DNA of 64,000 nucleotides, from the NCBI GenBank assembly GCA_030248215.1, contig JASANG010002570.1, forward strand, positions 248,001 through 312,000, in the 5' to 3' direction. Position numbers and translations under genes: made by a program. This document shows, piece after piece, positions 61,501 through 64,000 of this stretch. Under the pieces are notes generated by a model. It made no database searches and was not told the origin of the DNA. It saw only the letters and a list, made by a program, of their open reading frames with translations. The DNA comes from Enoplolaimus lenunculus. Taxonomy: Eukaryota. Positions within the stretch are counted from its first letter, which is position 1. Each line of letters opens with the position of its first letter.

Positions 61501-64000
61501 GTCATGTTCTGTCCCACTAGTTGCCACTGTTACTGGTGGTGGTTGCGATGGAAACATCGTTTGAATTGACGCCAATTCGTCTGCAGTCAAAAATCCCGAG
61601 CCATCAGTTTGTGTAATAGTTGTTCCGCTTATCACTGCGGTGTTTCCTTTTTTGCCTACACTAGCAAATCCGCTATCGGTAGCAACGGACGCAACGCTCG
61701 TTGAAACCCCTAACTGGGTTGGAATTTCAATCCGACCCAGCTTTCGTCCATCCTGGTCCCTACTCCTTCCAAACGCTGCAACCCCACCTCCAAGGGTATC
61801 TTCCACACCTACAACTGGTATTGATTTCTTAGAATGACTGGTGAATTTAGATTCTGCATTACCAGCGACGGTTGGTGCAACCTGTGATTTTGACTTCACA
61901 GGCGACGTCCTATCCTGCTCGAGTATAATTTTAATTTTGCCCGATTTTGAAATGAACGGAACTCGGGGGCCTGCGGGAATCCCGACCACTCCACCTTTGG
62001 TATGAGAAGCTGTGCTAAAACGACTGGCAGCGTGAGTTTTAAAACGCTCATTTCCGGTACTAACTTTAGAGCTGATCGTATTTTGTTGCGCCGCAATTGC
62101 TTGATCAAGTTTAAATCGCGCCATCTCACATGTTTGAGGCTTGCGGTCAGAAGATTCAAGAAAAGCCGACGCGGAATCCGTTGAATCCGTTGTCTGTGGC
62201 TTGGCTACATTTTTTTGTCTAGACTGATGAGTTCCAACTGAATAATACTGACGTCGAATATCGGCGTACCTTGACAGGCTAGACGAAGTCAGCTCTAAAC
62301 TCACAGTACTCACTGACGGCTGAGCTGAACAACTGGCCACAACATCTTTGCTTGTCTGTGCTGACTTACAAATAACAGGCTCCCGTCTACGTAAGCCACT
62401 CGTTTCATCCATTGCTTTTGAATGGGAAATTTTACTGCCGCTACCATACCATACATCTTTCCGACTAGAAAATTCCAGTTGTACTTTCCCTCGAACAGCT
62501 GGGTCATCACCTGTGCTCGTTCCCCCATCATACTTTCGCCGTTTTGCTACCGTAGCCACATCAGCTCCAGTAGTATTTAGCTTTTTCGCTTTCTTTTCTC
62601 GCCTGTTCTCTTCACGTACTTCTTTGTTGTATCCTTTCGTCGCGCCTTTTGCCGTATCGCTTGTTACCGGCCGTTCCTCATGCAGTTGCAATTGTTGTTG
62701 CTGGTCCTTGTCCTGGCCACCTTCTGTCTGATCACGTTGTGCTCGCTTTGTCCGTGGTATCCGAAAGCCCTCTAACCGGTCCGCTTTTGACTGCGGAAAC
62801 AAATCGGCCAGCGATTGTTTCACAGACGTCGCAGCTGAGGCAGGTTTTTGCATCCCGCCGCTAGACATAGGTTTTGGATTACCGGGATTAGAAAAATCGT
62901 GTGGATTTCCAGCATTTCCTGTATTCGACGAGGATCCGGTGAAACGCTGCCGCTTAGGGATATTAAGTCTCGATGAGTGAGGATCGCTATCAAACCGCGA
63001 CTCCTGGGTAGTTTCTTCCTTAGGCTGACTGTCTTCATTGCTCGTAATGCGGTTCGGATTTCCAGGGTTCGAAAACGAATGAGGGCTGCCGGCGTTACCT
63101 GTATTCGACGATCCACCCTTACCACCTGCAGATATAGTTAGACACTGATTTGAGCTTGTTTGTTTACTATGCGTTGCAACTTTTGTTTCTGCTGTTGCTG
63201 TTGGAGTAGCAGCTGCGCTATATTGCGATACTGCTGCTTCGACAAAACTTGTTGCGGTATGCGTTGCTTGAGTCAATTGGTTACACGGAACAGCAACCAC
63301 CACTACATGCGACGTAGTAGTTACAGTTGTTGCTCCAACTGTTCCTTTAAATGTTGCTTTTGTTGTTGCAGTACCTGCGCCTGCCGCCGTCTCTGTTCCT
63401 TTTGATGGGGTTGACTCTGTTCCTGTTACTGCTGTTGCAATTGTTGCATTAGTTGTTCCACTTGCTGTTTCTGTCGCTTTAATTATTCGTGCTGCAGTTG
63501 CCCCCGTTACTGTTGTTGTTGTTGTCGCTGTTGTTGTTGTTGTTATTCCTGTTGTAGTTTCGGTTGTTTCTGCTCCTATTATTCCAGCTTTTGTTTCTGC
63601 CAATCCAATTATTAAATTTGCATTTGCAATTCCAATTCCTTTTATAGCCTTTGATTCTATTGTTGTGTTTGCTGTTGTTGTTGTTACTGCAGTTATGGCT
63701 TTTGTTGTTGCTTTTGATGATGAGAAGTTTGTTGTTTGTATTTTTACCATTTGATCGGATGCCGCTAGCATTTTAAGTGTGCTGGTACGAGAATACGTTC
63801 CCTCATCACTCAATGTGAAAGGTACTGCGACATTTTTGCTTACGTCTGGCTTTGTCACTGGATTTATAGGGCTTGATTTAGCTTCAATTATGGTTTGACC
63901 TGCTGCGACATCTAGACAGCGCTTAACAGGTACACAGCTTGTGGTCTCAGTACAAAAGGGCTTCATCACAAAAGGAATCGTTTGGACTATTGGTGCACTT
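55510..64000 (-). CDS. Giant terminal coding exon (>=2830 codons) of a large low-complexity, intrinsically disordered protein; 5' end outside window
   Basis: The 2819-aa track ORF stays open upstream of its GTG start to base 64000. Thr/Ala-, Ser-, Gln- and Pro-rich tracts; a basic NLS-like segment (RREKKAKK, KRRK); short motifs GFRIPR, PKTPPGSPP, DDDMDIEP, SEEGELP. No globular domain recognised and no MITEs inside. Confidence 0.85.
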   Translation of the reverse strand, partial: SAPIVQTIPFVMKPFCTETTSCVPVKRCLDVAAGQTIIEAKSSPINPVTKPDVSKNVAVPFTLSDEGTYSRTSTLKMLAASDQMVKIQTTNFSSSKATTKAITAVTTTTANTTIESKAIKGIGIANANLIIGLAETKAGIIGAETTETTTGITTTTTATTTTTVTGATAARIIKATETASGTTNATIATAVTGTESTPSKGTETAAGAGTATTKATFKGTVGATTVTTTSHVVVVAVPCNQLTQATHTATSFVEAAVSQYSAAATPTATAETKVATHSKQTSSNQCLTISAGGKGGSSNTGNAGSPHSFSNPGNPNRITSNEDSQPKEETTQESRFDSDPHSSRLNIPKRQRFTGSSSNTGNAGNPHDFSNPGNPKPMSSGGMQKPASAATSVKQSLADLFPQSKADRLEGFRIPRTKRAQRDQTEGGQDKDQQQQLQLHEERPVTSDTAKGATKGYNKEVREENRREKKAKKLNTTGADVATVAKRRKYDGGTSTGDDPAVRGKVQLEFSSRKDVWYGSGSKISHSKAMDETSGLRRREPVICKSAQTSKDVVASCSAQPSVSTVSLELTSSSLSRYADIRRQYYSVGTHQSRQKNVAKPQTTDSTDSASAFLESSDRKPQTCEMARFKLDQAIAAQQNTISSKVSTGNERFKTHAASRFSTASHTKGGVVGIPAGPRVPFISKSGKIKIILEQDRTSPVKSKSQVAPTVAGNAESKFTSHSKKSIPVVGVEDTLGGGVAAFGRSRDQDGRKLGRIEIPTQLGVSTSVASVATDSGFASVGKKGNTAVISGTTITQTDGSGFLTADELASIQTMFPSQPPPVTVATSGTEHDPQRRHFVRHYGSSLMDNLPTGSTGCLPHTRGLMETLLAEKIKSGGKVLTDAAARSSMASAYSGACGLVPAGRERLESGGNLPEQDDIPPATNVITSATSSILQLAALGDGNKNVITPTTTTSLYVLTGGSSSIKDLPKVPGYVHHHHYQQQQQQSEREARHDSVAGDKARPTLVSPGSKHTGGTQKAAASSHTHRSCSGGPKTPPGSPPLSPSAVALAAQKAAGTGGVMASSGDKPKQQLPRALIKPTRQQLHVTEPITSPDDEVLSPQFPAQRGLVAVTATKGDSEHGVAKSGLPGKDGSNLPQPDQDVSLTLLKKLGENQQETVGASKTAAPTTTNSSQNNAIIEALSKLSGGSIKDPASLTSLISPEILSRFQGVDPSVLMISLTALLGGLAQVFQKPSSDGSELQQERGKSQATSDAGKQHSKLVKTTSGESAKFGDVRKISGRSDQSCPKKSLEEGATNHGSGSGSLNEREKPNVSTVARAVTPPVVTPPCTDSEAPRNTAIASGEANVPARLVTNRVRHYHNYDKEQVSDSTDVDSDGSGLMVMEHSSSSSVQNKEVEKSEEQLDTYKMTGAKKSTTDSLDPQGGMERVKCSDIACDESQRHTGLKTADLPNMNDVCCEPQTKQGEFEVNESAERPTPSLADQPVKKRLSKLLQQQQYEEQQQRKAEQEQQLSRQEEERKMHEKQQQRLQYGNSKRIYRHGGSSSFYSRSRDPAQNTEKRDKNQACDSAAAVISTSPAITCQSASFLAVPQSSWLYSNLSCSVGGTRSKMESTVDQNDNHSLITNTYSRSSNRVMEPMAISPPPLPPQETPPKSPTPPPPPPMNGGSTNSTGRQQQEQRSKTIGVIANGAECSSKQWSRRDGPLIVDDDMDIEPLAGSITPNGNQLSEASLVDVCSGNSFGKEATMILVNVSGGSAAVPSISGPICAVSKPPSIASTASVTGTASNMSGPPVSLAKPPMEQPKSKLLPPGFFQSFLATSATQQTLSDRLGLTKPGHQSPVGPVIPIQNVATCLPLCFDFNSRAVPTTPSALVAQQQLNFLSPTPQSCSSVTLSNTASGPIASSSWLSQSDEAISAKIPRAAMKTSSTDPLGVGAQTAFDTPTATVSSQNNFAARIANARRLLIDGRTPLPVVDALTQLFEAAPSRTGGATALDPILAAIEAGPGTESYVTAVAECASKLGMAPPSVALPPVSQTTMTTSVMTQQATMTASALTQQATLTLPLVTQQSTMTSSSNGSSAAKIAMQQALDSTVEKNDSGLFQATRNREPKSRLVAEECSVPVSASAPARKALIHDGDVSSDTVSEEGELPSSHDYDREPGNNTPVFVHGTNTPGSPGQKTANQLAQEQLDGSGKHGGINRSMTVDRMPRVKDSRSPGAIIRRSGIGCHTHELRDGNPIETTPDKRSAAHEAAPKSSRKCLLQDSTSAEDSGAECGSPVSHERCVGGNKGNWGGNQGKQQRPDDGSNSSHYRRYEQRCSPPALATASVQPGSCRKRTALLWSSDQSDGSECEITSRDKAASLRQNNDRSEIGVAGSASESWKSDVVGNKSETSVAGGARESWNTDGSGSRRRTLLDEDVNDKDDVVGQLSSGSANGGEPRFGAGHIAPASDGNSGIIGNREANQVTMRDMMLRSLNQEAAEVRGSLPNDTRPNAGPSSYRTHKRPLLSSSDEEEGAKVSTTLEDSKELNIHNQDCSRWNETKDISFVNRPPPVISTTHSEAITSLSACGMQPVPAIPPAFTTTASYTGFQKSQLPGVSVSLGFALSQGPPHALNTLPPPPVNILGPPPVVAAPQPVIPMVLPGLQQPSSLRPPPTGNTTDTVSFGDNLRQLSSIPPPRFEISPRLPIAMQSTQQLESLPVRAHGSAQDPIQNSPAHNSTTNLTTSNRIVPGGIPFCPNVQQTVASRIGEVRPLDFAAAIPPTGVYRPPTVDIGFTQSVLPNSMVTRFRHPVGLMPSAGSTGVNARNTTGNDDFSQFSRYAFPYVRGVDGHRNL

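Noticed and set aside
55592..63405. Many short ORFs overlapping the giant ORF
   Set aside because: Antisense or alternative-frame shadows of the 2819-aa frame.

Overview
AT-rich, transposon-dense invertebrate animal DNA. TTTCAG-type acceptors and abundant TTAGGC repeats suggest a nematode, but this is not proven. Manual splice-aware reading gives five protein-coding segments. (1) The 3' part of a collagen gene on + (550-5068), built from tiny 9n-nt phase-0 Gly-X-Y exons. (2-3) A spliced minus-strand locus almost invisible in the ORF track: a signal-peptide, Cys-repeat N-terminal half (28059-32550) and a C-terminal half with three copies of a ~90-aa domain (7749-19241). The halves can be joined in phase into one 13-exon, 751-aa secreted protein. 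(4) A complete 12-exon integrin alpha subunit on - (35308-48176, ~1251 aa). (5) A single intronless ORF of at least 8.49 kb on - (55510 to the window edge) encoding a disordered protein. Introns and spacers hold many MITE families: 8-bp-TSD GGCC-ended elements carrying TTAGGC arrays, TA-TSD elements, CACTG/2-bp-TSD elements, P-like, hAT, piggyBac-like with a tRNA-like module, and a Helentron-like element. There is also a 706-bp solo LTR. The most unusual feature is a 6.6-kb ORF-less, MITE-free TG...CA element (21342-27938) with a motif cluster, 179-bp tandem repeats, a CCAAT/TATA/Inr promoter and structured-RNA hairpins, which is a candidate giant solo LTR. All calls come from reading the sequence; no searches were run.
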